The notes under the pieces are model-generated. The model saw only the letters and a list, made by a program, of their open reading frames with translations. It had not been told where the DNA came from and searched no databases. A program made the position numbers and the translations under genes. Positions 50,971 through 63,119 of a DNA stretch of 64,000 nt are shown in pieces. The stretch is from an uncultured Desulfobacteraceae bacterium (GTDB taxonomy: Bacteria > Desulfobacterota > DSM-4660 > Desulfatiglandales > B25-G16). The stretch covers positions 3,927 to 67,926 of the forward strand of contig CAZZPR010000002.1 of NCBI GenBank assembly GCA_964655655.1, in the 5' to 3' direction. The number at the start of each line of letters is the position of its first letter. Position 1 is the stretch's first letter.

Positions 50971-51846
50971 TTATTTTCTCGCTGCCTCGGCTCCGCCTAT
51001 GATATCCATCAATTCTTCGGTAATTGCAGATTGCCTGAGTTTATTATAGGTTAAGGTTAGAGAATCAATCATATCATCGCAATTCCGGGTTGCGTTATCC
51101 ATGGCCACCATACGGGCAGCATGTTCGCTGGCCTGGTTTTGTAAAAATGCATCATATATGGCCAATTTTACATATTGAGGGATAAATTCCCCAATCAATC
51201 CTTCGGAGGAAGGCTCGTAGAGGTACTCCCCTCCTTTTTCCGGCTTATCCCCTTTATCTCCCGGCAGGTCAAGGGGTATCAGCTTGGCCATAAGGGGGGT
51301 TTGCCTGGCAACACTCTCGAAATGGGCGTAGAGAATATACACCTCATCCGTCCACCCGTTGATACAATTATTCAAAAATCTCCTTCCCATCTGTACGGCC
51401 AGGGCTATATCTGCATCGCCGTATACTTCACTATGTGCGTGGGTAATATTATAATTCTTTCTGGTAAAGTAATCCTTTCCCTTTTTTCCTATCAGCGTAA
51501 GGCCGTATTCTATGCCCTCTTTTTTCTTTTTCTCGATCCAATTTTGGGCGGTGCTAATCAGGCTGGTGTTAAACCCCCCGCAAAGGCCTCGATCTGCCGT
51601 AAAGACAGCCAATTCCACCTTTTTTGGTTCGCCGGTTCCACCAAGCAGAGGATGGACACACGGTTCTATATTTCCATATAGCCTACCAAAAACTTCCTGG
51701 AACCTGGAGGAATAAGGCTCAAGCTCACTCAGCTTACCCCTGGTCTTCCTTAATCTAGATGCCGCCACCATATTCATGGCCCGGGTAATCTGCTTTATCT
51801 TTTTTACCGCACCGATTTTTCTGCGTATATCTCTGATTGACTCCAT
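50971..51846 (-). CDS. atpG: ATP synthase gamma
   Basis: ITRAMNMVAA, DRGLCG, SEHAARMVAM, RQSAITEE. Confidence 0.98.
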   Translation of the reverse strand: MESIRDIRRKIGAVKKIKQITRAMNMVAASRLRKTRGKLSELEPYSSRFQEVFGRLYGNIEPCVHPLLGGTGEPKKVELAVFTADRGLCGGFNTSLISTAQNWIEKKKKEGIEYGLTLIGKKGKDYFTRKNYNITHAHSEVYGDADIALAVQMGRRFLNNCINGWTDEVYILYAHFESVARQTPLMAKLIPLDLPGDKGDKPEKGGEYLYEPSSEGLIGEFIPQYVKLAIYDAFLQNQASEHAARMVAMDNATRNCDDMIDSLTLTYNKLRQSAITEELMDIIGGAEAARK

Positions 51847-51851
51847 ATATA

Positions 51852-53360
51852 TTAGGTCTGTACCTTCTCTTTAAATTTCTCAAGGGCATAAAAAAGTTTT
51901 TTATCAAGTTCTTCGCTTATCTCTTTCTTTTCCCGGATTTCATCCAGTATTTCCCGGTGCTCCTTTTCCATGAATTCCAGCATCTGGGTTTCATATTCAC
52001 TTATTGATTCTACCGGGTGCTCATCCAGGAAGCCCTTTGAGCCTGCATATAAGATCATTATTTGCCTTTCCGCGGGCATGGGCTGGTATTGGGGTTGCTT
52101 CAAAACCTCTACCAGACGTTTTCCCCTCTCCAGCTGTCTCTGGGTGGCCTTGTCCAGGTCGCTTCCAAATCGAGTAAATGTCTCCAGCTCACGAAATTGT
52201 GCCAGGTCCAGCCTCAGGCTTCCGGCCACACTCTTCATTGCCTTTATCTGCGCGGAACCCCCCACTCTGGATACCGACAGGCCCACATTTATGGCGGGCC
52301 TTACCCCGCTGAAGAATAAATCCGGCTCCAGGTATACCTGACCGTCTGTAATGGATATGACATTGGTGGGGATATAGGCGGAAACATCCCCTGCCTGGGT
52401 TTCTATTACAGGTAGGGCGGTCAAAGATCCCCCCCCTAATTCATCGTTCAGCTTGGCGGCCCTCTCCAGTAATCTGGAGTGGTTGTAAAAAATATCCCCG
52501 GGATAGGCCTCCCTTCCGGGCGGTCTTCTTAGAAGAAGAGATATCTGGCGATATGCAACAGCCTGTTTGGAAAGATCATCATAAATTATAAGGGCATGCT
52601 GACCATTATCCCTGTAATATTCGCCTATAGCGCAACCCGCGTAAGGGGCTATAAACTGCATGGTGGCGGGATCACTGGCACAAGCGGAGACAACTACTGT
52701 ATAATCCATAGCATTATTTCGCCTCAGGGCATCCACCACTTGGGCCACGGTAGACTGCTTTTGTCCTATAGCCACATATATGCAAACCACATCGCTGTCC
52801 CTTTGGTTTATGATGGAATCAACGCAAATAGCCGTCTTTCCGATCTGCCTGTCTCCTATTATCAGCTCCCGCTGACCTCTGCCTATGGGTGTCATTGCGT
52901 CAATTGCCTTTATCCCGGTATGCATAGGTTCCTTTACCGGCTGGCGTTCTATAACTCCGGGAGCGACCCTTTCAATGTGTCTAAATTCCTTGGCGTTTAT
53001 AGCACCCTTGCCGTCCAAAGGCTGTCCAACAGCATTAATTACCCTACCCAGGACTTCATCCCCGACCGGTATTTGGGCAATCCTGTTGGTACGCGTAACC
53101 ACATCTCCCTCCCTGATATTGCTGTCGCTCCCCATAAGGGCAACGCCAACGCTGTCTTCCTCTAAATTTAAACAAAGGCCGTAAATACCGCCCGGAAACT
53201 CCAGCATTTCCATTGCCATGGCGTTTTCAACCCCGTAAACCTTGGCAATTCCATCACCAACCGACAAGACAATGCCTGCTTCCTTGATATCTATCTTGGA
53301 CTCATAATCCTTTATTTGATCCCTTATTACTCTACTTATCTCTTCTGCTTGAATCTCCAT
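51852..53360 (-). CDS. atpA: ATP synthase alpha
   Basis: [31 protein letters not shown]. Confidence 0.99.
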   Translation of the reverse strand: MEIQAEEISRVIRDQIKDYESKIDIKEAGIVLSVGDGIAKVYGVENAMAMEMLEFPGGIYGLCLNLEEDSVGVALMGSDSNIREGDVVTRTNRIAQIPVGDEVLGRVINAVGQPLDGKGAINAKEFRHIERVAPGVIERQPVKEPMHTGIKAIDAMTPIGRGQRELIIGDRQIGKTAICVDSIINQRDSDVVCIYVAIGQKQSTVAQVVDALRRNNAMDYTVVVSACASDPATMQFIAPYAGCAIGEYYRDNGQHALIIYDDLSKQAVAYRQISLLLRRPPGREAYPGDIFYNHSRLLERAAKLNDELGGGSLTALPVIETQAGDVSAYIPTNVISITDGQVYLEPDLFFSGVRPAINVGLSVSRVGGSAQIKAMKSVAGSLRLDLAQFRELETFTRFGSDLDKATQRQLERGKRLVEVLKQPQYQPMPAERQIMILYAGSKGFLDEHPVESISEYETQMLEFMEKEHREILDEIREKKEISEELDKKLFYALEKFKEKVQT

Positions 53361-53366
53361 CTTCCC

Positions 53367-53903
53367 TTATGCCCCCTTTAAGGTATCTCTTAGTTTTTCG
53401 AGCTGGCCTTTTATGCTTCCGTCTAAAATTGTATTCCCAACCTTGATTATGATTCCTCCAATTATACTGCTGTCTTCCTCTACATGTATCTTTATTTTCT
53501 TTGATGTCCGATCTTCTAATGTTCTCTTTATCCTGCTCATGCTCTCCTCCTTCAACTTGCCGGAAGTTACTACAGTGGCCCGGGCTATATTGGATGCCTC
53601 ATCAGCCAAATTCCTGTATTGTTCCGCAATGCGATCCACGTATTCAATCCGTTTTTTTTGGAGCAGGACAGTCAGGAAATTTCGGATAATATCAGAGGAT
53701 CCTGCCTGGTCCAACACCTTGTCCAGCACACCTTTCCTTTCTTCCATTGCATAAACAGGATTGATAACCACCTTTCTAAGTTCCTCATTTTTAAAGTAAA
53801 ATTGGGAGAACTCCTGCAACTCAGTCGCATACTTTTCATAGTTACCGTCCTCCTGGCCCACGCTCAATAGGGCCTTTGCGTACTTTTTCGAAACGGCGGT
53901 CAT
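53367..53903 (-). CDS. atpH: ATP synthase delta
   Basis: KYAKAL, NFL.VL..K.R, IIGGIIIKVG..ILDGSI. Confidence 0.96.
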   Translation of the reverse strand: MTAVSKKYAKALLSVGQEDGNYEKYATELQEFSQFYFKNEELRKVVINPVYAMEERKGVLDKVLDQAGSSDIIRNFLTVLLQKKRIEYVDRIAEQYRNLADEASNIARATVVTSGKLKEESMSRIKRTLEDRTSKKIKIHVEEDSSIIGGIIIKVGNTILDGSIKGQLEKLRDTLKGA

Positions 53904-54033
53904 TTAATAACCTCTGGTATCTTTAAAACTAATATTAAAAATAAATTTAGTTACCTCGCCCGAATGGGGTGTCCACGACCTTTCCCTTGCATGTTCTGGG
54001 AAAGATCCGGTTAATAGGGCTAAGGTTTTACGA

Positions 54034-54435
54034 TTATTTTAAAACCGAAAGGCCTTCAGTTTTTTTGGAGGAAGAGGCTGTGTCCTTGGCTGGATCTTTT
54101 TCCAATTCTCTCATTTTGCAATTTCCTTCAAAAATAACCCCCTCTTCTACAACCAATTTAGGACACTGGATATTTCCGTATAGCTTTCCCGGGACATTGA
54201 TTTCTATCTTGTTTTCCGCGAATATATCTCCGTGCACCTCGCCACTAATAATCATATCAGCAACATGTATCTCAGATTTAATAACAGCACTTTCCCCCAC
54301 TATCAAGGTGCCGCTGGAGAATATTTTGCCGGAAAATTGTCCGTCTATCCTTACAGCTCCGGTAAAAGAAAATTTACCCTCGAACTCTGTATCTTTGCCT
54401 AAAAAGGCATTAATTTCGTCTTTCGGCTTTTTCAT
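54034..54435 (-). CDS. Bactofilin
   Basis: FEGKFSF.GAVRIDG, G.V.GDI, G.IFEGNC beta-helix repeats. Confidence 0.92.
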   Translation of the reverse strand: MKKPKDEINAFLGKDTEFEGKFSFTGAVRIDGQFSGKIFSSGTLIVGESAVIKSEIHVADMIISGEVHGDIFAENKIEINVPGKLYGNIQCPKLVVEEGVIFEGNCKMRELEKDPAKDTASSSKKTEGLSVLK

Positions 54436-54531
54436 TTAATCTCTTTTTTTAAATTTCCCATGGCTTCATACCATTATATTATTATATTTTGCAAGAAAAA
54501 TTGTCTTAATTGTCTTAAAACTGCATATTTT

Positions 54532-55632
54532 TTATTGCTCCTGAAAGATAAATCTCCTCATGCTCACGTTCATGACCAGACCCATGGCAGCCAGATTGGA
54601 TATCACAGAGGAGCCTCCGTAACTAAACAATGCCAGTGGTGTGCCTACTACCGGCAGCAATCCGGTGGTCATGCTTACGTTTATGACCAGATGCCAAAAT
54701 ATGCACGCTGCAACCCCTATAACAATAAGAGCACCAAACCTGTCCTTGGCATTTTTTGCTATATTAATGGACCAAAGTATCAAAAATAGATATAGAAGCA
54801 AAAGAACAGCCGATCCTAAAAAACCCCACTCCTCGGCCAAAACTGAAAACAAAAAATCGGTGTGCTGCTGAGGGAGAAAATTCAACCTTGTCTGGGTTCC
54901 CTTAAGGAAGCCCTTTCCCCAAAAAAGCCCGGAGCCAATGGCGATCTTCGACTGGGTAACATGATAACCCGCACCCAGCGGGTCCAGTTCCGGCCTTAAA
55001 AATGTCATAATCCTTCGTTTCTGGTAATCCTCTAAGACAAGCCACAAAAAAGGGGCGGAAAGAAGGGAAAAGCACACAAATATCAGGATAGACCTCCAGC
55101 TGACATTAACAAAAACGATTATTGAAAAAGAGACTATGAGCAACACCAGCGCTGTTCCTAAATCAGGCTGAAAAACTATCAATACAAACGGAATAGCTAC
55201 CAAAATTAGCGGCTTAAAGAGGTCCCTTAATCGGTAGTTTAATATTCGTTCAGACTTGGAAAAAAATTTTGCCATTACCAGAATGATTGAGATCTTTGCC
55301 AGCTCCGAAGGTTGAACGGAAAAATATCCCAACTCAAACCATCGCTGTGAACCGTGGGTAACTCTGCCTGCATGCAAAACTAAGATCAGGAGGATAACAG
55401 ATATAAAATACACGGGATATGCAAACCTGGCCAAAAGATGGTAATCAAAGGTTATCATCAAGAAGAAAACAAAGAAGCCCAAACCGTACCAGCAAATCTG
55501 CTTAAAATAAATTTGACCCCCGTTAATGGAATAGGTAGCGCTATAAAGATTGATAATGCTAAGTAATCCGATGCATATCAGAAGACATAGCAGTATCCAG
55601 TCAAAATTCCCTATCAATCTGCGGTCGAACAT
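54532..55632 (-). CDS. rodA: Rod shape-determining protein RodA
   Basis: GSQRW, QPSELAK, QPDLGT, HTDF, SYGGSS. Confidence 0.96.
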   Translation of the reverse strand: MFDRRLIGNFDWILLCLLICIGLLSIINLYSATYSINGGQIYFKQICWYGLGFFVFFLMITFDYHLLARFAYPVYFISVILLILVLHAGRVTHGSQRWFELGYFSVQPSELAKISIILVMAKFFSKSERILNYRLRDLFKPLILVAIPFVLIVFQPDLGTALVLLIVSFSIIVFVNVSWRSILIFVCFSLLSAPFLWLVLEDYQKRRIMTFLRPELDPLGAGYHVTQSKIAIGSGLFWGKGFLKGTQTRLNFLPQQHTDFLFSVLAEEWGFLGSAVLLLLYLFLILWSINIAKNAKDRFGALIVIGVAACIFWHLVINVSMTTGLLPVVGTPLALFSYGGSSVISNLAAMGLVMNVSMRRFIFQEQ

Positions 55633-55637
55633 CTCGT

Positions 55638-57473
55638 TTAATCCCCTTTTTTCCGGCTGAAATAGGTTTCAAGTATCTTTTTTGCGATAGGTGCAGCCAC
55701 AAGGCCCCCCTGTCCGCTGTGTTCGACCAGTACCGCCAATGCTATCTCGGGATCTTTTACAGGGGCCACGGCCACGAACCATGCGTGGTCCCTGAATTTA
55801 TATGGAAGCTCTATCTCTTGTCCGTTTTCAGTATTTTCCGGCATGGATATTACCTGGGCGGTCCCCGTCTTGCCGGCAACGTCTATTCCCTCAAGCCTGG
55901 CCCTTCCTCCTGTTCCGTAAGGCTCATTTACAACCCCGAACATTGCATTTTTTAACATTTTCGCATGGCCTTCCTTTAGCTTCCACCGGTCATCCTGGAC
56001 AGGCCTAAGTTCGAAAATATCACCTTTACCCGGATTGCCTACCAGCTTTGTAACTTGGGGTTTGTATATGGTTCCGCCATTAAAAAGGGCGGAGACAAAC
56101 CTTGCCATTTGAATAGGGGTTACAAGGGTGAAGCTCTGCCCTATCGCCACGGAAAGGGTTTCTCCTTCTTGCCAGGGTATATGCCACTTTTTGAGTTTCC
56201 AGGACCTGTCAGGTACAAGTCCTGGTTTTTCATTTCCCAATCCCAGGCCTGTTTCGCTACCGAAACCAACCTTTTTAGCGTATTTGGAAATTATGTCTAT
56301 CCCTATCCTTTGACCCATTTTATAAAAATACACGTCGCACGATTCAACCAATGCCTTATGCAGACTTACATAACCGTGTCCCTGTTTTTTCCAGTCCCTG
56401 TATTCCCTTCCCTTGAAATTATAACTGCCCTTGCAAAATATCTCTTCATCCGGGTCAATAAACCCCTCTTCAAGCCCTGCCAGGGCCACCACTATTTTGA
56501 AGACAGAGCCCGGAGGATATTGCCCTGATACTGCACGGTTTTGCAAGGGAAAACGGAGATTGGAGAGCATCTCTTTCCAGCCTTTCTTATCCATTCCCCT
56601 TGCAAACCTATTGGGATCAAAGGCCGGGCTGCTGACCATGGCCAATATTTCTCCTGTGTCCGGTACCATTGCCACAACCGCACCGGCTTTCCCTTTGAAG
56701 GCCCTTTCCGCCGCCATCTGAATATCTTTATCTATGGTCAGGTAAACATTTTCACCCGGCTGGGCGTCCTTTTGAGACAGCATCCTCAACTTCCTCCCAA
56801 ACGCATCTACCTCAACCTGCTGTCCTCCCCTGATGCCATTCAGGTGCCGGTGCCATTTTTTTTCTATTCCGTATTTGCCCACAAAATCTCCGAGCCTGTT
56901 TTCTTTGTATTTTTTTTCATTCAACTGCCTTTTGTTAATCTCTCCGAGGTATCCTATGAGATGAGCGGCCAAAGGACCATATATATAATGCCTTCTTGGA
57001 TTCACATCTATTATTACGCCGGGCATGTTAAACATGTTGGTCTCTATCCTGGCCAGCTCATCCCTGGATATGTCTTTTTTAACAGAAACGGGATCAAAGG
57101 GATTTTTCAATCTGGCGTTTTCTATATCATTCCTTACAGCACTTTTGTCAATTTCCACCAGTCTTCCGATATTGCTCACCAAGCAGTCCACACATCTTAT
57201 ATCCTCCGGAACAACGCATAAGTTAAAACAGGGCCTGTTATCAACCAAAAGTTCGCCGTTCCTGTCAAAAACCAATCCCCTGAAAGGGGATATACTTCTC
57301 AGGTCGATCCTATTGTTTTCCGATTTCAGTCTATACTTGGAACCGTTGACCACCTGGAGAAACCAAAGTCTTGCGAATAAGAGCCCGAATACTATAAAAA
57401 TAAGATATATCAGTATCTTAATGCGCTTCTTATATATTTCAGTTTCTGTCTGATCGAATTCCGAATTCCACAT
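55638..57473 (-). CDS. mrdA: Penicillin-binding protein 2
   Basis: PGSVFK, SCD, KTG motifs. Confidence 0.96.
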   Translation of the reverse strand: MWNSEFDQTETEIYKKRIKILIYLIFIVFGLLFARLWFLQVVNGSKYRLKSENNRIDLRSISPFRGLVFDRNGELLVDNRPCFNLCVVPEDIRCVDCLVSNIGRLVEIDKSAVRNDIENARLKNPFDPVSVKKDISRDELARIETNMFNMPGVIIDVNPRRHYIYGPLAAHLIGYLGEINKRQLNEKKYKENRLGDFVGKYGIEKKWHRHLNGIRGGQQVEVDAFGRKLRMLSQKDAQPGENVYLTIDKDIQMAAERAFKGKAGAVVAMVPDTGEILAMVSSPAFDPNRFARGMDKKGWKEMLSNLRFPLQNRAVSGQYPPGSVFKIVVALAGLEEGFIDPDEEIFCKGSYNFKGREYRDWKKQGHGYVSLHKALVESCDVYFYKMGQRIGIDIISKYAKKVGFGSETGLGLGNEKPGLVPDRSWKLKKWHIPWQEGETLSVAIGQSFTLVTPIQMARFVSALFNGGTIYKPQVTKLVGNPGKGDIFELRPVQDDRWKLKEGHAKMLKNAMFGVVNEPYGTGGRARLEGIDVAGKTGTAQVISMPENTENGQEIELPYKFRDHAWFVAVAPVKDPEIALAVLVEHSGQGGLVAAPIAKKILETYFSRKKGD

Positions 57474-57530
57474 AATGATCCCTAGTCCAAAATATTTTCA
57501 ATCACTGCAAAAAAACCATCAATAGTTTTG

Positions 57531-58028
57531 TCATTCATAGTTCTGGTTTTCCCTTTCCCTTAGCAGGTTGAGCAAAAAGAAAACAGGGGGCACTAAAAAA
57601 CTTGATATCAAGGCGGACGCTAATATTGAAATAAACGGAACAGAGACAATTATTTGCCTAAGAGGGAAAAGCCCTATTACGATCAAAACCAAGGCCCAGT
57701 TTACCAAAATGAAAAGGAAACAGAAAAGGATAGAGGTCTTAATATTGTTGAAATTCAGAAATTGTTGGCATCCGTTCATTACCAGGAAGGCAGCTGTGTA
57801 GGAAAGAGTGAATACGCCAAACTCACAGGGGGCGAATATATCGGTAAAAATTCCCATAAAAAAGGCCAAAAATATCCCCCTGAAACTCTGTCCCATGGCG
57901 ATAAGATACAGTAAAAATGCGGGTATCAGATTAAAATCAAGCCATTCCGGTGTTAAAAAATGGTTAAGCCCTCCCTTAAGGATTACAAAAAGGCTGCAAG
58001 TTATCCATATTAATATATAAGATGTCAT
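57531..58028 (-). CDS. mreD: Rod shape-determining protein MreD
   Basis: Hydrophobic, G.FTD....FG; between mreC and mrdA. Confidence 0.8.
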   Translation of the reverse strand: MTSYILIWITCSLFVILKGGLNHFLTPEWLDFNLIPAFLLYLIAMGQSFRGIFLAFFMGIFTDIFAPCEFGVFTLSYTAAFLVMNGCQQFLNFNNIKTSILFCFLFILVNWALVLIVIGLFPLRQIIVSVPFISILASALISSFLVPPVFFLLNLLRERENQNYE

Positions 58029-58205
58029 TTCTCTCCAAAGTTACACCCAGAGATATGAACCTCTACGATCTTCCGACAAAAGATTATGCCAGTTCTTTTG
58101 AGATCTGTGAGCTTTAAGGAAAAAGAAATACCTGGAAGAATTTAGGCCTTGAAATGACCTCGTTCATTTACAGAAAAATTAACCTTATTAAGCCTTTCGG
58201 GCCTT

Positions 58206-59051
58206 TTATTGCGCAGTTTCACTGCAAAGGGGTCCGTGGTTTGATTTAATTACTACGAACACTTCTTCCAACCTTGAAAAATCCACACTCGGATTTACTT
58301 TTATAGCCTTGAACAGCTTGTTGGGGTAGCCCTCTATTTTTTCTACATAGCCCAAGTTAATGCCCTTTGGAAAAACGCCCCCCACTCCAGAGGTAACAAC
58401 AAGGTCATCCTTTTCTATATCGCATGTCCTTATTGCATAATCAAAAAAGCATTGGTTTGTGCCCCTTCCCCTGATCATTCCCCTTCCCCTGGTCCTTTGA
58501 ACCAACCCGTCGACGGCGCTGTTTGGGTCCGTAATAAGCAATACTCGGGCATAACTGGGAGACACGGAAATAACCCGTCCGACAACCCCTTCGGCATTGA
58601 TTATCGGCATGTCTATTTCTATGCCGTCGCTTTCACCCTTATCTATGATAATAGAATTGAATAGTCCGCTGGAGTCCCAACCTATTACTCTGGAAGGCAA
58701 AAGGGGCCAATCCGTGTTTTCCTTAAGCCCTAAAAGTTTACTCAATCGCCTGTTTGCGAGCAACACCTCTTGGTATTTGCTGTTTTCTATCTCGAGAAAT
58801 TTTATCTTTTTTTTCAGCATCTGGTTTTCCCGGTGAGTCTTAACCAGATAAAAATAATTGCTCCAGATGTCTTCTGAAAATGATATGGTCCATGTAAACA
58901 GCCGTTGAATGGGCGCGGTAATCTCAGTTGCTATTTTCTCCGCCGGGTTCCATTCCTTTCCCTTTCCCAGGCTCAAGGAGAGCAACACAAGGGCTAATAC
59001 AACAAATATATAATAAATCCATCTCGATTTTTGCTTGAACAACACAGACAA
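58206..59051 (-). CDS. mreC: Rod shape-determining protein MreC
   Basis: IDKG..DG, GVVGRV, VVTSG.GGVFPKG. Confidence 0.95.
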   Translation of the reverse strand: MSVLFKQKSRWIYYIFVVLALVLLSLSLGKGKEWNPAEKIATEITAPIQRLFTWTISFSEDIWSNYFYLVKTHRENQMLKKKIKFLEIENSKYQEVLLANRRLSKLLGLKENTDWPLLPSRVIGWDSSGLFNSIIIDKGESDGIEIDMPIINAEGVVGRVISVSPSYARVLLITDPNSAVDGLVQRTRGRGMIRGRGTNQCFFDYAIRTCDIEKDDLVVTSGVGGVFPKGINLGYVEKIEGYPNKLFKAIKVNPSVDFSRLEEVFVVIKSNHGPLCSETAQ

Positions 59052-59069
59052 TTATTTTATAAGCCCCTT

Positions 59070-60143
<1,074 letters not shown>

Positions 60144-60224
60144 TTAATTAATTTTAAATCTTTTATCAAATATAAAATCCGTGTCAGCATTTTATGTTTA
60201 TCTGCCCGGACCTTCAAGTGAGAT

Positions 60225-60270
60225 TTAGCGTGGGTTGTGCAGTAGAAAACTGCTGCACGATCTGGGTTAA
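60225..60270. repeat. Degenerate short palindromic copy of MITE family A
   Basis: TTGTGCAGTAG-AAAA-CTGCTGCACGATCTGGGTTAA. Confidence 0.7.
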
Positions 60271-60357
60271 ATGCCGGAAAATTATACATTTGGCTTGACA
60301 ACTCTATGCAGCTTAATTACAGAAAGAATAAATTTTATTCAAAACGTAGGCTGAACT

Positions 60358-60492
60358 ATGAAAAGGACATTCCAGCCAAGCAATATTAAAAGATCCAGAA
60401 CCCATGGCTTTCGAGCACGGATGGGCACCAAAGAGGGAAGAAAGATAATTAACCGGAGAAGATCCAGGGGCAGGAAAAGGATTTGTGTCTGA
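60358..60492 (+). CDS. rpmH: 50S ribosomal protein L34 (absent from ORF track)
   Basis: Translated by hand: [44 protein letters not shown]. Confidence 0.98.
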   Translation: MKRTFQPSNIKRSRTHGFRARMGTKEGRKIINRRRSRGRKRICV

Positions 60493-60778
60493 TCATAAAA
60501 GCCCGGTTTTATCGACAAAGGTGCGGAATTCGTTTCGAAGGCCCTTTTCGTAAATACATATGAAAGCCGGAGAGGTCATGGCAACAACAAGGATAAGATT
60601 GATAAATTCGGTGCGTGCCCTTTCTCTGCAGGTATCCGGAGTGGGATCAATTTAAATCACCCAGGTTGTTTTTTCAGCCGCTCTGGCGCTTTTTGAAATT
60701 CCATGATCAAAACATTCCCCCTTCCGGGTTTTGGGCTGGACGCTTAATAATGATTTCTTTATGAAGCCGATTTAAAAA

Positions 60779-61132
60779 ATGGGGTTGAGCTGCTTCGAAA
60801 AAAGGGAAAGGTTGCTAAAAAGGAAAGAGTTCAGGGATATTAACCTGGGAGCAAAAAGGTACCGCACCAATAACTTCCTTGTTCTGCTTAAGCCAAACAA
60901 AAGAATTAGCAGTAGACTGGGCATAACGGTCGGGAAAAAAGCCGGCAATGCTGTAAAGAGGAACAGGACAAAGCGGTTAATCAGGGAGTTTTTCCGGCAA
61001 AACAAGTTTGCTATTCCCCAGGGAAATGATATTCATATTATAGCCCTAAATTGCGACCAACCCGGTGATTATCATAAGGTACGAGAGGAATTAGGAAGGT
61101 TGTTATTTAAAAATGCGCAAGATGCATCTTAG
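60779..61132 (+). CDS. rnpA: RNase P protein component
   Basis: [25 protein letters not shown]. Confidence 0.96.
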   Translation: MGLSCFEKRERLLKRKEFRDINLGAKRYRTNNFLVLLKPNKRISSRLGITVGKKAGNAVKRNRTKRLIREFFRQNKFAIPQGNDIHIIALNCDQPGDYHKVREELGRLLFKNAQDAS

Positions 61133-61343
61133 GCCTAGAGACTGGTTTATAGCCCTGATTAAGATATACCAAATGTTGATCTCTCCCCTTTTTCCCCCTT
61201 CATGCCGTTTTACACCTACATGTTCTGCATATGCCTCCCTGGCTATCAGAAAATATGGCATAGTTAGGGGCGGCCTTTTAGGCTTGATCCGGATATCTAA
61301 ATGCCACCCATTTCATCCAGGCGGCTATGACCCCCTCATTTAG
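61113..61343 (+). CDS. yidD: Membrane protein insertion efficiency factor
   Basis: [10 protein letters not shown]...[12 protein letters not shown]. Confidence 0.96.
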   Translation: MRKMHLRPRDWFIALIKIYQMLISPLFPPSCRFTPTCSAYASLAIRKYGIVRGGLLGLIRISKCHPFHPGGYDPLI

Positions 61344-61438
61344 ACATCTCTGTTTTTATGTAGATATGTACATTGCACATAAGTTGATAAATTTTGCTTT
61401 AGTTAATATAATCGCGGTTAATCTGTTACGGGTATTTT

Positions 61439-63100
61439 ATGAACGGCATGGATAAGAAAACCTTGTTGGCCTTTGCGCTTTCTTTTATCGTATTTTTGCT
61501 ATGGGCCGTTTTCTTTAGCCCGAAAGCCCCTGAGGAAAGGGCAGAAAAGCCACAGGCCGAGCAAAAAGAAGCGCTGTCACCCCGGGAGGGGGAAGTTGAA
61601 CGGAGAACTCCAACAAGCCCGGTTACCGAGGATGAATTTGCCCCGATCATAAAAAAGTCGACCAAAGACATCCGGGATATCGAGGTGGAAACACAGTTCT
61701 ACAGGGCGGTATTCTCCGGTGCAGGTCCGTCTATCAAGAGCTTTAAATTAAAAAAATACCTTTCCAAAAATGAACAAGGGGCTCCTCCGAAAGAGTTGAT
61801 CAGGACTAAAAATGAAGGAGCATGCGGCTTTACTGTAAGTCTTTTAGGGGAACATACCCAAAACCTGAATAAGGCAGAATGCAGGGTAAACAAAAAAGCC
61901 ATTCATCTCGGCAAGGGAGACCCCCCTGGGGAGCTGGTCTACGTATGCCAGTCACCTAACGGTGAAGAGATTCAAACGAGATTTGTCTTTTATTCAGACA
62001 GGTACGACATAGATTTTTCGGCTGATAAAAAAGGTCTCTCTTATTCGCAAGGAAAAGGAAACAACCTTGTATTGAACATTGTGTATTCGCCCAAAGAAGC
62101 TAAAAAGAGATTTGGTGCATTTGAGGGAATGGGCCTTCTTTTCGATGGGGAATTAAAAGAAGTTGATACAGAAGATTTTGAGGATGAATCCTTTTCCGGC
62201 CAGATACCATGGATTTCCTTCGAGGAACCTTATTTTATGACCGCCATAATCAATCGAACAAGTCAAAATGCAACTGCAAAGGGCGCCATTCTGCCGAACG
62301 GAGAGGCGAAGATTTCCTATATTATCCCCATGGAAAGGCTTAAAGTGCAGGACAAAGGGGACTTTACCATCTATATGGGGCCAAGAGATATTCAAATACT
62401 GAAAACTCTTGGAAAAGGGCTTGAGAAGGCCATAAACTTTGGCTGGTTCGATATTATCGCCAAGCCCCTTTTGTATGCCCTTCGGTTTCTGAATAAATAT
62501 TTATCCAATTACGGGCTTTCCATTATACTGCTCACTATTGTAATAAAGATCCTTTTCTGGCCCCTTACCTACAAGAGCTATAAGTCCATGAAAGAGATGA
62601 AGAAGTTACAGCCCATGATGGCCAAGATAAGGGAGAAATATAAAAACAACAAGGAAGAGATGAACAGGCAGCTAATGGGACTCTACAAAACCTACAAAAT
62701 AAATCCCATGGGCGGTTGTTTGCCTATGCTGGTTCAAATCCCCGTGTTTTTTGCCCTGTATAGGATATTATCCAATTCCATCGAACTCAGGCACGCACCT
62801 TTTATATTGTGGATTAACGACTTGTCCGCCCCTGACAGGCTCTTTTCCTTTCCCTTCGAAATACCCTTTATGTCTCCGCCTTATGGAATCCCCGTGCTCA
62901 CCCTGATGATGGGTGCATCCATGTTTATTCAGCAGAAGCTGACGCCCACCGCAGGAGACCCGGCCCAGGCAAAGGTTATGATGTTCCTCCCCCTTGTTTT
63001 CACCTTTTTGTTTATCAATTTTCCTTCCGGCCTGGTCCTTTACTGGCTTGTGAATAATATTTTGTCCATAGCGCAACAATATAGAATCAATAAGAAATAG
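61439..63100 (+). CDS. yidC: Membrane protein insertase YidC
   Basis: NYGLSII, GGCLPMLVQIP, WINDLSAPD, GLVLYW. Confidence 0.97.
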   Translation: MNGMDKKTLLAFALSFIVFLLWAVFFSPKAPEERAEKPQAEQKEALSPREGEVERRTPTSPVTEDEFAPIIKKSTKDIRDIEVETQFYRAVFSGAGPSIKSFKLKKYLSKNEQGAPPKELIRTKNEGACGFTVSLLGEHTQNLNKAECRVNKKAIHLGKGDPPGELVYVCQSPNGEEIQTRFVFYSDRYDIDFSADKKGLSYSQGKGNNLVLNIVYSPKEAKKRFGAFEGMGLLFDGELKEVDTEDFEDESFSGQIPWISFEEPYFMTAIINRTSQNATAKGAILPNGEAKISYIIPMERLKVQDKGDFTIYMGPRDIQILKTLGKGLEKAINFGWFDIIAKPLLYALRFLNKYLSNYGLSIILLTIVIKILFWPLTYKSYKSMKEMKKLQPMMAKIREKYKNNKEEMNRQLMGLYKTYKINPMGGCLPMLVQIPVFFALYRILSNSIELRHAPFILWINDLSAPDRLFSFPFEIPFMSPPYGIPVLTLMMGASMFIQQKLTPTAGDPAQAKVMMFLPLVFTFLFINFPSGLVLYWLVNNILSIAQQYRINKK

Positions 63101-63119
63101 GTTTACCCGAGGAGGATTA

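Noticed and set aside
58029-58205. 177-nt mreC-mreD spacer as an ncRNA or mobile element
   Set aside because: No terminal repeats, strong hairpin or second copy could be identified by eye.
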